Source: Balanoglossus misakiensis (Eukaryota > Animalia > Hemichordata). From it: DNA of 64,000 nucleotides. The stretch is from assembly GCA_040954595.2 (NCBI GenBank), contig CM082583.2:9933656-9997655 (forward strand), in the 5' to 3' direction. The translations under genes were made by a program, and so were the position numbers. The notes beneath the pieces were generated by a model, which did not search any database, was not told where the DNA came from, and worked only from the letters and a program-made list of their open reading frames with translations. Below, piece after piece: positions 54,201 through 64,000 of this stretch (position 1 is the first letter of the stretch; every line of letters begins with the position of its first letter).

Positions 54201-55246
54201 ATTCTGTTTGTGTTACGTCAGAACCGTGCTCTGGTTATTTGTGTTTTCTTTGTTTGAGAGTAGACAATGCGCCGGGCAGTCATCGATGAAGTCACGTGGC
54301 CACCAGGCAAAATTGCGCATATGGCGGGAGTTGATTTTATCCCCCGCTGTGGTGTTGACACAGCGCTTTGAAAAGGTGGAACAGTTTGCCAGACTGACAG
54401 CGATAGGTTTTCTTTTTCGATTTGTTGCGAAACGATTGAATAGGGGTCCGTTTATTACGAACAAGCTGCTTGGCTCTTTCAGGGTCGTTTCTTACGTCAG
54501 CCACGGCCCTTCTACGGTTGAGACTGCGGTCAGAATGATGCGATGCGACAAGTGTTACGCTGTTGGCATGTAGGGATCTAATTTAATCTTGGGCCATCCA
54601 GAAAATATCCAGAATTCAATTTAAATAAGTGAGCGTAGTTTAAAAGCCATTTTAATAACCAGAAGAACCAGAGAACTTTGGCCAATAGTTAATATTCGGC
54701 CAACCTGTCATTTTCCACGCTTACTGCTGAGCGCCACAAACAATCACTCCGTCGGGAACGCTTTGCCGTTGAGCGCAGGGAATTGAAATTCGGAACTTTT
54801 CATTTTAAAAACACACTTTAAATAAATGATACGGCAAACACAAACGTACGCTTTCTTGGTTGGTTTTACGGTCACTCCACCGTGGTTAGTCCGACAAACG
54901 ACTTGGACAGCGTCGGACTTTGAGTGAAATGTGTCTATCAAGGTTCTCTACGGGTTTAATGTGTGTCGAATCAGGATCTATAAGGGACATATGCGCCAAT
55001 AAAGTGAAAGTTGCTACCCGCCAATGTAAATAACCCTGCCCCAGGTTCCTATCATGGTGAACTTTGGTTTCGGTTACCCATACTCAAAACGAGGCGACCA
55101 ATATGGCCGCCCATTCGCGTTCATATTTTCGAGGTCGTGGAAACCTCAATTTTGGATCTGCGTAACCGAAACTATTGTCGATATGTTATTTTGTCTGTGA
55201 AATTAATATTGCATACTTATTAATGGATATTTCCTTTATTTCACAG

Positions 55247-55374
55247 TCGTTCGTCATCATTGCCAAACGATGGGGCAAGCTTTACATCTACCGATTCTCA
55301 ACAACAAAAGTCTTCTTCCTCATGGGACCGCTCAACCCATTTCGCCGAGCGATGATGTACATAGCAACACATCA
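55247..55374 (+). CDS. Nav2 exon (end of N-terminus)
   Basis: SFVIIAKRWGKLYIYRFSTTKVFFLMGPLNPFRRAMMYIATHQ, followed by ATATCCTT. Confidence 0.95.
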
Positions 55375-55594
55375 ATATCCTTTTAATATCAATTAAGGCC
55401 TAATCCATGGCATTCCATGAGTTATTTGTCATTTTTTTCTGGGAAAACCTATCGAAAGATCGTGTGCCGAATGGATGGATGGGTTGATTGGTTGGTTGGT
55501 TGGTGAAGGTGACGATGTGAATGGATGGAAAGAGAGACTGATGGATCACGATCAGTGCAAATCCAAAATGTTGTGTTCCTTAATTTTGTTGCAC
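55375..55594 (+). other. U12-type AT-AC intron (220 nt)
   Basis: 5' ATATCCTTT, branch TTCCTTAAT at 55576-55584, 3' CAC. This join restores the reading frame. Confidence 0.95.
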
Positions 55595-55675
55595 GTTGTT
55601 TGATCTTGCAGTCATGTTGACAATCTTAGTAAACTGTTTCTTCTTAGCGTGGAACCAAACGATAAGGTATCCAGA
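55595..55675 (+). CDS. Nav2 exon, DI-S1
   Basis: LFDLAVMLTILVNCFFLAWNQTIRYPE. GTAAGT donor. Confidence 0.93.
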
Positions 55676-56361
55676 GTAAGTAGCAACACGATTATTCTAA
55701 CACGTGATCGAAATCCACCAATAGCACTGAAAAGAACGATATACATGTACAGGTAAAAACAGGGAGGGGGGGATGATCAAAGTCACGTGACGAAATTAGA
55801 ATAATGAATTGATAGTAGATGGGTAAGTCAAGTACGGCTTTCCAGGTTTTGCGCAGTTGGCTGCGCACATTCCATGGCATGTTTATAATTTTGTTTTTAC
55901 CCCTGAACCCAGCTAAACAGTACCTATCGGGATTTATCAAAATTATAAATTTAAAATGAATTTAAAATTCTCCAACTTCAAATGGAAAGAAGCACTCGCT
56001 ACTATATAAAACAAATGCCCGCGGCTAACTCTACTTCGATTTTGCACACTTTGCCTAAAACTTTAAGCTTTGGCTACTTTGCGCAACTATACGTGAATTC
56101 CACCAAAACCTGTCATCTTGCAATAGTTACACAAAACTGCTATGAAATCACGCTTTATACGTTGGAAATCAAACAGATGGTTGGAGGGAAAGATTTGTGA
56201 AAAAAAACATCATTTGGATGACTGATAATAGCGACTCCTTTATTTTTTTTCAAAATTGGCACCTGAAATGCTCCTGAAATTCCAGTTCATTTTGTTTTTT
56301 TATTATTATTGTTTTCTAACCTTCAACCCGTTTTCTTTGCTTTCCCGTTGCATTCCCACAG

Positions 56362-56379
56362 TATAATGAATATATCAGA
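56362..56379 (+). CDS. Candidate 18-nt microexon in the DI S1-S2 loop
   Basis: CTAAC branch, long pyrimidine tract with two TGC, CACAG|TATAATGAATATATCAGA|GTAAGT. Frame-preserving (DIMNIS). Confidence 0.7.
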
Positions 56380-57243
56380 GTAAGTAAACTATGTAAAGCG
56401 CCCTCTCTAGGCACATAAAGGCTCTAAATGTTCTATTTTCTCTCTTTATGTCATTATAATGTCTGTCGGCAGCTAATGAAAATAATAGTGCCCAGGACAT
56501 AACGAGCTACGAAATCTCCGACACTAACACAGTAAATAACCTCGTAGTGAACGACTCTATGCAACACAGCAGCGGCACGCCTAGGCATATACCTTTGTAT
56601 CTGCAATAACACTCGTTCTCATCACGCCCTCTATCGGCATCGATTCTCACGACTCTTTCCTATCGCCTATATACTTTCTTGTCCCGTTGTCCAGACGTGT
56701 ATGCGTTCATTGTGGACGTTTCTCAGTCTACTTATAGTCCGGTCATGTTCAAGTTTATTAAGTGTTTCTTTTTTTCCATTAAGGGAAGATACTGTACCCA
56801 GACACGTTACTAGTGCTCCTTACCAAGCACATTGTACAGGCAAAGAAAAAAAAAAATTAAAAATCGCTAATTTTGCGATGGAAAATAAAAACGTGGTCCA
56901 AGTGCGGCTGACATTCATATCTTGAACCACGTGTTCTTCGAGTTAATTATGTCTGTGTATGGCTTCCCTTAATACTCAAAACACATGGGTATGCATGCTA
57001 CCTATCACAATTGTTGTTATTCTGATATTAAGGGCGATGCAACATGTTCATCATTTCTGTTTAAAGGGGCACTTATAATAGTGTGGTGGTGCGACCTATT
57101 GACGATACTGTCATGTCATGTAAAATTTACAGCTGAGAAACTGACCGACTCTCACACAAACCTTACTCGGGTTCGACACAAACCCCTTTATTTTCACCGT
57201 GAGGACACAATTACTATGATTTTTTTTGTCTCTCCCTGACCAG

Positions 57244-57372
57244 GTACGTTTTCACGGGTCTTTACTCAATTGAAATGTTCGTCAAGATATTTGCAAGAGG
57301 CTTTATCATTTACAAATTCACATATCTCCGAGATCCCTGGAACTGGTTAGATTTTGTAGTAATACTTCTAGC
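57244..57372 (+). CDS. Nav2 exon, DI S2-S3
   Basis: [44 protein letters not shown]. Confidence 0.97.
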
Positions 57373-57641
57373 GTAAGTATTCCATTTTCATACCAGGCAT
57401 GCTAAGTACGAGCATTCACCGAGTATCCAGAATCTTTCAACAGATAACTTTTCATCGCAAATGTGAAATTGAGGCGTTTTAGGCGTTAATATTCCAAGAA
57501 GAACTCGGAAATACTGTCGGATGAGCGCCAGTCGAGCTCTGGAGTAAATCTTTCGTACACTCGAATCCGATTGGATCACGAATACATAATATATCCACTA
57601 CCCAATTATAATAACGTATTGTCTGTTTGTTTATTCCACAG

Positions 57642-57733
57642 GTATATCACAATAAGAGTTAATTTAGGAAATTTTTCGGGTATACGAACTCTTAGAGTGT
57701 TAAGAGCACTAAAAACAATTTCAATAATACCAG
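57642..57733 (+). CDS. Nav2 exon, DI S3-S4 voltage sensor (92 nt)
   Basis: [31 protein letters not shown] with R/K every third residue. Confidence 0.97.
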
Positions 57734-57980
57734 GTAGGTGTTCGCACGTTTTGTCTTTATTATTTAGAATGATTAAACTTTATACACGAGGATAGAATTA
57801 CATCAATCGTTTTTGACAAGTATCGGCGTCTTCTTCAAGTGTTCAACAGTGAAGAGAAAGCACGTGTGATAAACGTAACATGCGAGGCAAGATGTTTATA
57901 TATTATTTTCAAGTTCCAAGCTCGCCCCATTGGCCTATCCGCTGACTGACGCCGGTCCACTTTTCTCGTTGAATTCGCAG

Positions 57981-58193
57981 GGTTGAAAGCCATAATAAAC
58001 GCACTTCTGGGATCGACCCGGATGTTACTCGAAGTGATGCTGCTGACATTTTTCGTGCTGTGCATATTTGCGTTGTTTTCTCTTCAAATCTACATGGGGG
58101 CGCTTCGACACAAGTGCGTCTTCGACATGAGCGAGGAGCTCTTGAGCACCAACGTCTCCGACGAAGATTGGTTCTCCTACGTGCAAAACAGTT
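57981..58193 (+). CDS. Nav2 exon, DI S4-S5 linker and S5
   Basis: LKAIINALLGSTRMLLEVMLLTFFVLCIFALFSLQIYMGALRHKCV... Confidence 0.97.
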
Positions 58194-58618
58194 GTAAGTA
58201 AAATGTTTTACATCAGATTTCGGTTCATTACTGTCAACGTCAGTCGTAAAAATTGGGGAGTACATCACGCCGCCTGGTCAGTGTTTTTTAAGGGGAAGAA
58301 TGATTACAAGCTCATTTGTACTAGTATCTTCTCCTAATCTGATAACCAAGGAACCGCCCCGAAAGTTTCTGATCCCCATAGGCCAACTTGAAAAAAATAT
58401 CTGCGAATGCTTCTTACTAAACGGACGAACAAAGCACTTCAGATTTTTTTAAAGCCCAGCCACTGTTGCGTTAAGCTTTTTGCCAATATAAAACATTAAA
58501 TTTTAAAAATGTAATTAAAATCGATATTTTGCATTTGTCACTGATCAGCAGAATATCTTGTGTTAACAACCTCTAAGTAAGGTATATAAAGGCCGCATTT
58601 TATTTCTTAAACCTGTAG

Positions 58619-58679
58619 CAAATTGGTACTTATATGAAGATGAAGACCCTCTTATATGCAGCAACATCTCAGGAGCTGG
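58619..58679 (+). CDS. Nav2 exon, DI extracellular turret
   Basis: SNWYLYEDEDPLICSNISGAG. Phase 1 to 2 fits both neighbours. Confidence 0.93.
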
Positions 58680-58895
58680 GTGAGTAGATTTTTCCGAAAT
58701 GCCACGAAGCCAAGCTCAGAAATATTATGATATCACTCGCGCCATGCGTGTCAGTTTTGCTGTATATAATGGGCGTTACACAGTGAGCAGTTTTCTCAAT
58801 TGCATGGTTTATTTTTCTCAACAGAGATACATGTACATGTATTCATTTCAGATCACGTGGTCATTACCTCCTACAAACCCCACAAATGTTGCAGT

Positions 58896-58927
58896 CACGC
58901 ACGCACACACACACACACACACACACA
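58896..58927. repeat. (CA)n microsatellite
   Basis: Directly visible. Confidence 0.9.
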
Positions 58928-60327
58928 TGCTAATTGTAATCTGCTACTTGAAGATGTCACATACTATGACCGTAGAATTGGCATCTATGACCATTCATTT
59001 CTCGCTACTTACAAGAAGTTCAAAAGAAGCCGAAGAGCGAACTCTGAGACAGATCTTTTCATTCCATTCCACCAATCTCACTTTCATTATATGCTTGATA
59101 AAACTATGATAACTATGAATCAAGTGTCGATTCCAAAGCTGTATCCAATTAAATTATAATTCACCATTTCAGTATGTTTCTAGCTCATATACATATTTTC
59201 ATGTTAATTTCATTTCATCGCTATGGTACTTGAACCGCATGACTCGTGCATGAATTATCATTTTTAATGTCCAGTGGTTCATTCCACAGAATGACTTATT
59301 TATTTTATTCTTTTTACATATATTTTACATTTAATTTTGCATGGATGATTATCTCTGGGAACCCAGGAATGGCTGGAGGTATATCTCTTTCTCTTTCGAT
59401 TATACTGTTTAGTCTATAGTACTAATAGGTCTTCAGTCGGTTATTCTCATTGTGGTGGTTGTGTTGTCACATTGAGAGAGATAAAGCAGTCACTTTTGGC
59501 GCGATGTATAGCTTTTAGTGCATTTTCGTTTCGTGTTCCAAAAGAATCTAAGCCTAGATCATCGGTTCCTCTCAGTGGAACTCGAGGCTGAATTGCCAGG
59601 GGACAGACGTGAGAGCACTGGCCACTTGAAATAGTATCAAGATGACCGGCAATTCAGTTCATGTCTCTGAGCGGATCAACATAATCACACTGTGTGACAA
59701 AATATATTGTGAGATGAAATGAAGATGCACCATACAAGCGTCGAAAATGGCGACTTTGCTACTCGTGGCATAGTGTGTGAAGCACTGTAGTTTTGTTCCA
59801 AGTCGCTACAGCCGACATGGCGGACGTAGAATGACAGGGGTACACTGTACTTTCAAAATAGCATGCTGATAGACCATTTTCCGAACTTCAACGAGACCCT
59901 GCGAGATCTCGCGTGGCTATACAGTTTCTATGGAGGGGCATTCTCCTGTGACACACAGGAAAAACAACACATGGCATATCGTCTTAAACGACACAAAAAT
60001 ATTCACGCGAGATCTCGCAGTGAGCGGAAATATCATCCATTGCACCCATCTACTTGGATAGCCACTGGTTTTCATTGGTTATAAAAACAAATTCAACTTG
60101 TCCGACTATAGAATCCGATTTGAGTTACCATTGACGTTATCAATTCATAATGATATTCTTGTACTAACACCACACCCACAACTTACGATTAACTCAGTCA
60201 GTGCACGAGTCAAAATATTAACAACGTTCCTTAATTAATGTCACAGAACGAATGTTCGTCAACAATTTTACTTCTTTTTTTTCATTCACCCCCGTTGCTA
60301 ATTTCTCTCATCAAATTTTCCCGCCAG

Positions 60328-60472
60328 TCCGTGTCCGACGAACACGACCTGTCTGCCGGGCGTTGGCGACAACCCCAACTACGGTTACACCAACTTCGAC
60401 CACTTCGGATGGGCCATGCTGACGTCATTCCAGCTGATCACCCTGGACTTCTGGGAAGATGTCTACAATCAC
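60328..60472 (+). CDS. Nav2 exon, DI pore loop
   Basis: [48 protein letters not shown]. The filter Asp sits in TLDFWE (Nav2-like; Nav1 has TQD). Confidence 0.97.
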
Positions 60473-60723
60473 GTAAGTGGGTCGTGCGTGCACATGGTCT
60501 CCGGCGGACGGACGACTTGTCTGTTTTTGGCTAGCACATAGAATAGTGTGCGGATCTATTTATCACAGGAAAGCAACACTATACGATTGGTGATTGACAC
60601 CAAATGTGTCATTTAGATGGAATGTGGTTCAATTTACATGGCGGACCCAATCATGATCACAGTCCGTGTAAACTGGAGCGTAGCTTTTATTCAATTTTCG
60701 CCATTTGCTTGTGTTTTTTTCAG

Positions 60724-60855
60724 GTTCTTCGATCACAGGGACCATGGCACATTCTCTTTTTTATGGTCATAGTGTTGTTTGGGTCTTTTTACCTCATCAA
60801 TTTGATGCTGGCTGTAGTCTCCATGTCGTACACCGAAGAGGCCGCCAGACAACAG
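60724..60855 (+). CDS. Nav2 exon, DI S6
   Basis: [44 protein letters not shown]. Confidence 0.97.
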
Positions 60856-61033
60856 GTAAGCCCTCCGATTTTTATTGCGCCCCCAACGATACACACGTGA
60901 AAGTTAAAGAATATCTTTCTTTCGTGGATGATTCATTTCAATTCGGTGTGTTTAAGGACCCCTCATTATCACATTCAAAGACCCCCCCCTCCCCCGATAA
61001 CTGCGTCCAACATATCGCATTTCCGCTTCTTAG

Positions 61034-61327
61034 GAAGAGAAGAAGAAACGGGGTAAAGAAACTGCGAACAACAACCTTATGAAGTTCAATGCCAATCGAC
61101 TGAAATTACTTATGAACAAAAAGAAGAGGAAGCACAGAAGGAGGAGGAAGACGATTGTCGGTGGAACGACGCCAACGGTGACGTCGGGCGAAGCCTCCGA
61201 TGCCAAGAAAGGCGAAGCGACGGACGGTGCCACGACGGACGACGCCACTACGAAAGAGAAAATCGAAGGGGACATGACTACAGACGCAGAGGACGACAGA
61301 AAGAGCACCACGACAAGCAAATCCGGG
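61034..61327 (+). CDS. Nav2 exon, DI-DII linker
   Basis: CTTCTTAG acceptor. EEKKKRGKE...KKKRKHRRRRKT...SKSG. GTAAGG donor, phase 0/0. Confidence 0.88.
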
Positions 61328-61550
61328 GTAAGGCCAGCAAACTCTCGTTTCATCCTCGCTCCCTGTTATCGATATCGCACCCCGCCACCCATAAATGTTC
61401 GCGACGCTTTTTTCAAAAATCTTCAGGAAATATCTCACGGGGCTTTGCATGCACGGGCATAGATTCTGTTTTTTTGCACACTTCCTGTGCCGAATTCTGA
61501 ACCAGCACCGGAGCGCCCCCTATTTCCACACAGAAAGCGCAACCCGCACT

Positions 61551-61605
61551 TCATTCATTCATTCATTCATTCGTTCGTTCATTCATTCATTCATTGACAT
61601 CCATC
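61551..61605 (+). repeat. (TCAT)n repeat / YCAY cluster
   Basis: TCATTCATTCATTCATTCAT...TCATTCATTCATTCAT. Confidence 0.9.
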
Positions 61606-61744
61606 CTTGCACGCAACCATTACGTGGCGTCTGGCGCCCGCTTACCTGTCCGCTTGTAAACGGTACCATTTGCATGTTTCCCCCCGGGGGACACTCACTT
61701 TTTATTCAATACGATCTCTTGTCATCACACGCATGCGTACACAG

Positions 61745-61813
61745 GATTACACTGATGACTCCGACGAAGAGTACGAAAGTACTACCAATTCTATGACAGG
61801 TGATTCCGATGAC
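61745..61813 (+). CDS. Nav2 69-nt linker exon (possibly alternative)
   Basis: CAG|DYTDDSDEEYESTTNSMTGDSDD|GTAAGT, phase 0/0. Confidence 0.8.
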
Positions 61814-62177
61814 GTAAGTAGGATAACGGCGCACACCAACTAAACGCTCACTCATGGGTGGCTTTATTCTGCTGTTCGCTGCACGTAGACCTTGAGATTC
61901 GCGTCCGAACTCTCGGCTCTTGACCTGTCTTTGTAGAGATTCTCTGTTTCTTCCACTCTAACCCATGTGATACATAATTTTTTTTTAACCGATTACAGTT
62001 ACCGTGGCTGAAATACGGACACACAATTATCAATATACCCACTGCAGAAGCTCAATTTTCAAACCCCAAAGTCTTTCAATAATCACTGAGCTGTTTGGCT
62101 CTCGACATTGCTCAGTATATTGATAATTTTCTGTCCGCCTTCCAGCGACTGCAAGTGTAAGTATATGTCTCAAATTA

Positions 62178-62726
62178 GCTCTGCGTACAGTTCTGTGTGT
62201 TCCCGGCGTTACACGGCCTCCACCCACAGCCCTGCAAGGCGCCATAGAAAAAACTGGTGCTTCTGCGGTCCGGATCCGGACCGCAGCTTTTTCGGCCGAA
62301 ATTCGATTTTATCGAAGCAAAATCCTTCCCTGTCTACTTCTGCCTCCTAACCGACTCCAAATATGATGCGACGAACTTGTCTTAACGTCCGAACCGCTCG
62401 CTTTCTAAAACTTTTATGTTTACCCATGGAGATAAACTCGCTGTAAGTCTTATATTTAATATGGCGATCTCAACATGTAAACACACAAAAATAAATCAAA
62501 CGCGAGTGGTTCGGACGTTAGGACAAGTTAAACGCATCATATTTAGAGTCGGTTAGGAGGCAGAAGTAGACAGGGACAGGATTTTGCTTCGATAAAATCG
62601 AATTTCGGCCGAAAAAGCTGCGGTCCGGATCCGGACCGCAGAAGCACCAGTTTTTTCTATGGCGCCTTGCAGGGCTGTGGGTGGAGGCCGTGTAACGCCG
62701 GGAACACACAGACCTGTACGCAGAGC
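62178..62726. mobile_element. Foldback MITE with ~225-bp inverted arms, flanked by TA
   Basis: TA|GCTCTGCGTACAG...CTGTACGCAGAGC|TA. The arms are near-identical reverse complements, and the ORF track shows the same peptide on both strands. Confidence 0.92.
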
Positions 62727-63275
62727 TAGTCTCAAATAAACCACTAGTGATATTTGTCAGTATGCGCAATCCTAGAAAATCTATAAAACATTCTAAATGC
62801 AGTAAGACATTTCCAAATGAAGCTGGAAATACGAACTCAACAGAGTTCATTATCAAACTTGTGTGCATGATGTTGTAACTAACATTTGAAAAAAAATACA
62901 TGTACTAGTATATTTTGTGTAATTTTTATTACCGTTAATATTGACCCAACTCGTGATTGTTTAGTTTTTTTTCGTGTAATGTCTGTGTGCAACCTGTTCC
63001 TCAATTTATACCACTAACAGGAATAATACCGTCTCCACTGAAAGGTTACCTTGTTTTTTAACCCCCCCCCCCTCATCCAGAAGTTCACGTTGTCGAATGA
63101 ACTCCACCAACGTGGTAACTGGAAGAAGATGTATTGCACTAGGAGTTTTGGGGATGAAAATGTCAATCATGTTCGACGACTATCCATTATTTGTTTTGCT
63201 CAGACAGCTTTTTGTTGTCTGAATTCTACTTGAATACGAGCTCGAACGAATTTGTTGGTGTTTATATTTTTACAG

Positions 63276-63357
63276 ATTGCACCCGCTGGCGTTGAGATAC
63301 AGAGTAACGACAACAACAGTGAAAAGGATGACGAATCCATAGTGGGAGATAAACGAG
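63276..63357 (+). CDS. Nav2 linker exon
   Basis: TTTTTACAG|IAPAGVEIQSNDNNSEKDDESIVGDKR|GTATGC. Supplies the required phase 0 to 1 change. Confidence 0.88.
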
Positions 63358-63667
63358 GTATGCACGACCTTTGACCTTTCTTCATGAGTTTTTGCCTTGG
63401 ACTACTCGTTTTAGTCCGGTCCCCAGTCACATTTATCTGCGCTTTAGCAGTTGCAATGGTGGGGGGGGGGATATCAGATTATGCTGTTAGGCATAGAGTG
63501 CAACAAACTCGGTTATAAATGAAGCTTATCGATAGCTGATGAATGCTTATAAACAAGTGTTTTCAGAATTAAATCTTTCCAGATTGAACACCGTATACCG
63601 CAAAGTCGACTTAATGTCGTGTTTTTCGAGTTAACCAGAAATTTGCCATCCCCCTTTTTGCCCACAG

Positions 63668-63948
63668 TGGGTTTTCACGTACGGATGTTAACCGACGAGG
63701 ACACGGAGAAACCGGTGCCTTGCTGTCCGTACAAGCGTTGCTGCGCCTGCTGCAGACTCTGCTGCGTCTGCAACCGGAAGTGCTTCAGGGCCTGGAAGAG
63801 GGTGCAGAGTTCCGTCTACAACATCATCATGGATCCCCTGGTCGACGTCTTCATCACGGTCTGCATTTTGATCAACACTCTCTTCCTCGCCATGGACCAC
63901 CACGGCATCCCACCGCTCTGGAGTGCCATCCTGTTTTATGGCAACTAC
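63668..63948 (+). CDS. Nav2 exon, end of linker and DII-S1 (gene continues beyond window)
   Basis: ...CCPYKRCCACCRLCCVCNRKCFRAWKRVQSSVYNIIMDPLVDVFITVCILINTLFLAMDHHG...GNY. GTAAGA donor. Confidence 0.96.
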
Positions 63949-64000
63949 GTAAGACTATGTTCCCCCTTTTTTGAATGCCTTCATCAAAGATTCTTACCAA

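Noticed and set aside
56670-56740. Strong acceptor TTGTCCAG at ~56694
   Set aside because: No frame-preserving donor follows and an in-frame stop is reached.
6400-58000. Partial matches to conserved miRNAs (miR-135-like ~8086, miR-184 antisense ~40248, miR-124 seed ~46040, miR-31-like ~57885)
   Set aside because: Only short partial matches without a full mature sequence or an evident hairpin. A proper Rfam/miRNA search was not possible.
59330-59385. Possible duplicate turret exon (MIISGNPGMAG)
   Set aside because: Lacks the conserved Cys, a usable acceptor and an in-phase donor.
51235-61520. REST/RE1-like half sites (~51240, ~54905, ~61502)
   Set aside because: None has both halves at canonical spacing.
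62108-62901. Near-identical peptides on opposite strands (SAYxSVCSRRYTAS...)
   Set aside because: Produced by the MITE's inverted arms. No transposase features.

Overview
Intron-rich animal genomic DNA, not prokaryotic. An invertebrate deuterostome such as a hemichordate or amphioxus is plausible, but that is inference. Almost all ORFs in the supplied track are spurious, so genes were rebuilt by hand from splice sites. From left to right: (1) the 3' end of a FAM221B-like gene (+); (2) two tandem two-exon DUF1761-like membrane protein genes (-); (3) about 23 kb with no recognisable coding sequence, but with candidate non-coding + strand exons and many RFX X-box palindromes; (4) a complete MOCS2 locus (-) encoding both molybdopterin synthase subunits; (5) the 5' part of a Nav2-type (DSC1/NaCP60E-like) voltage-gated channel gene (+), 668 codons through DII-S1 and running off the window. 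The most notable observations are a GTGAGT donor inside the MOCS2A ORF that splices in frame onto MOCS2B, so one ATG may serve both subunits; an 18-nt neural-type microexon adding an N-glycosylation sequon to the channel; a U12 AT-AC intron; and a near-perfect foldback MITE in a channel intron whose terminus recurs in MOCS2. Family assignments are from recalled motifs, not database searches.
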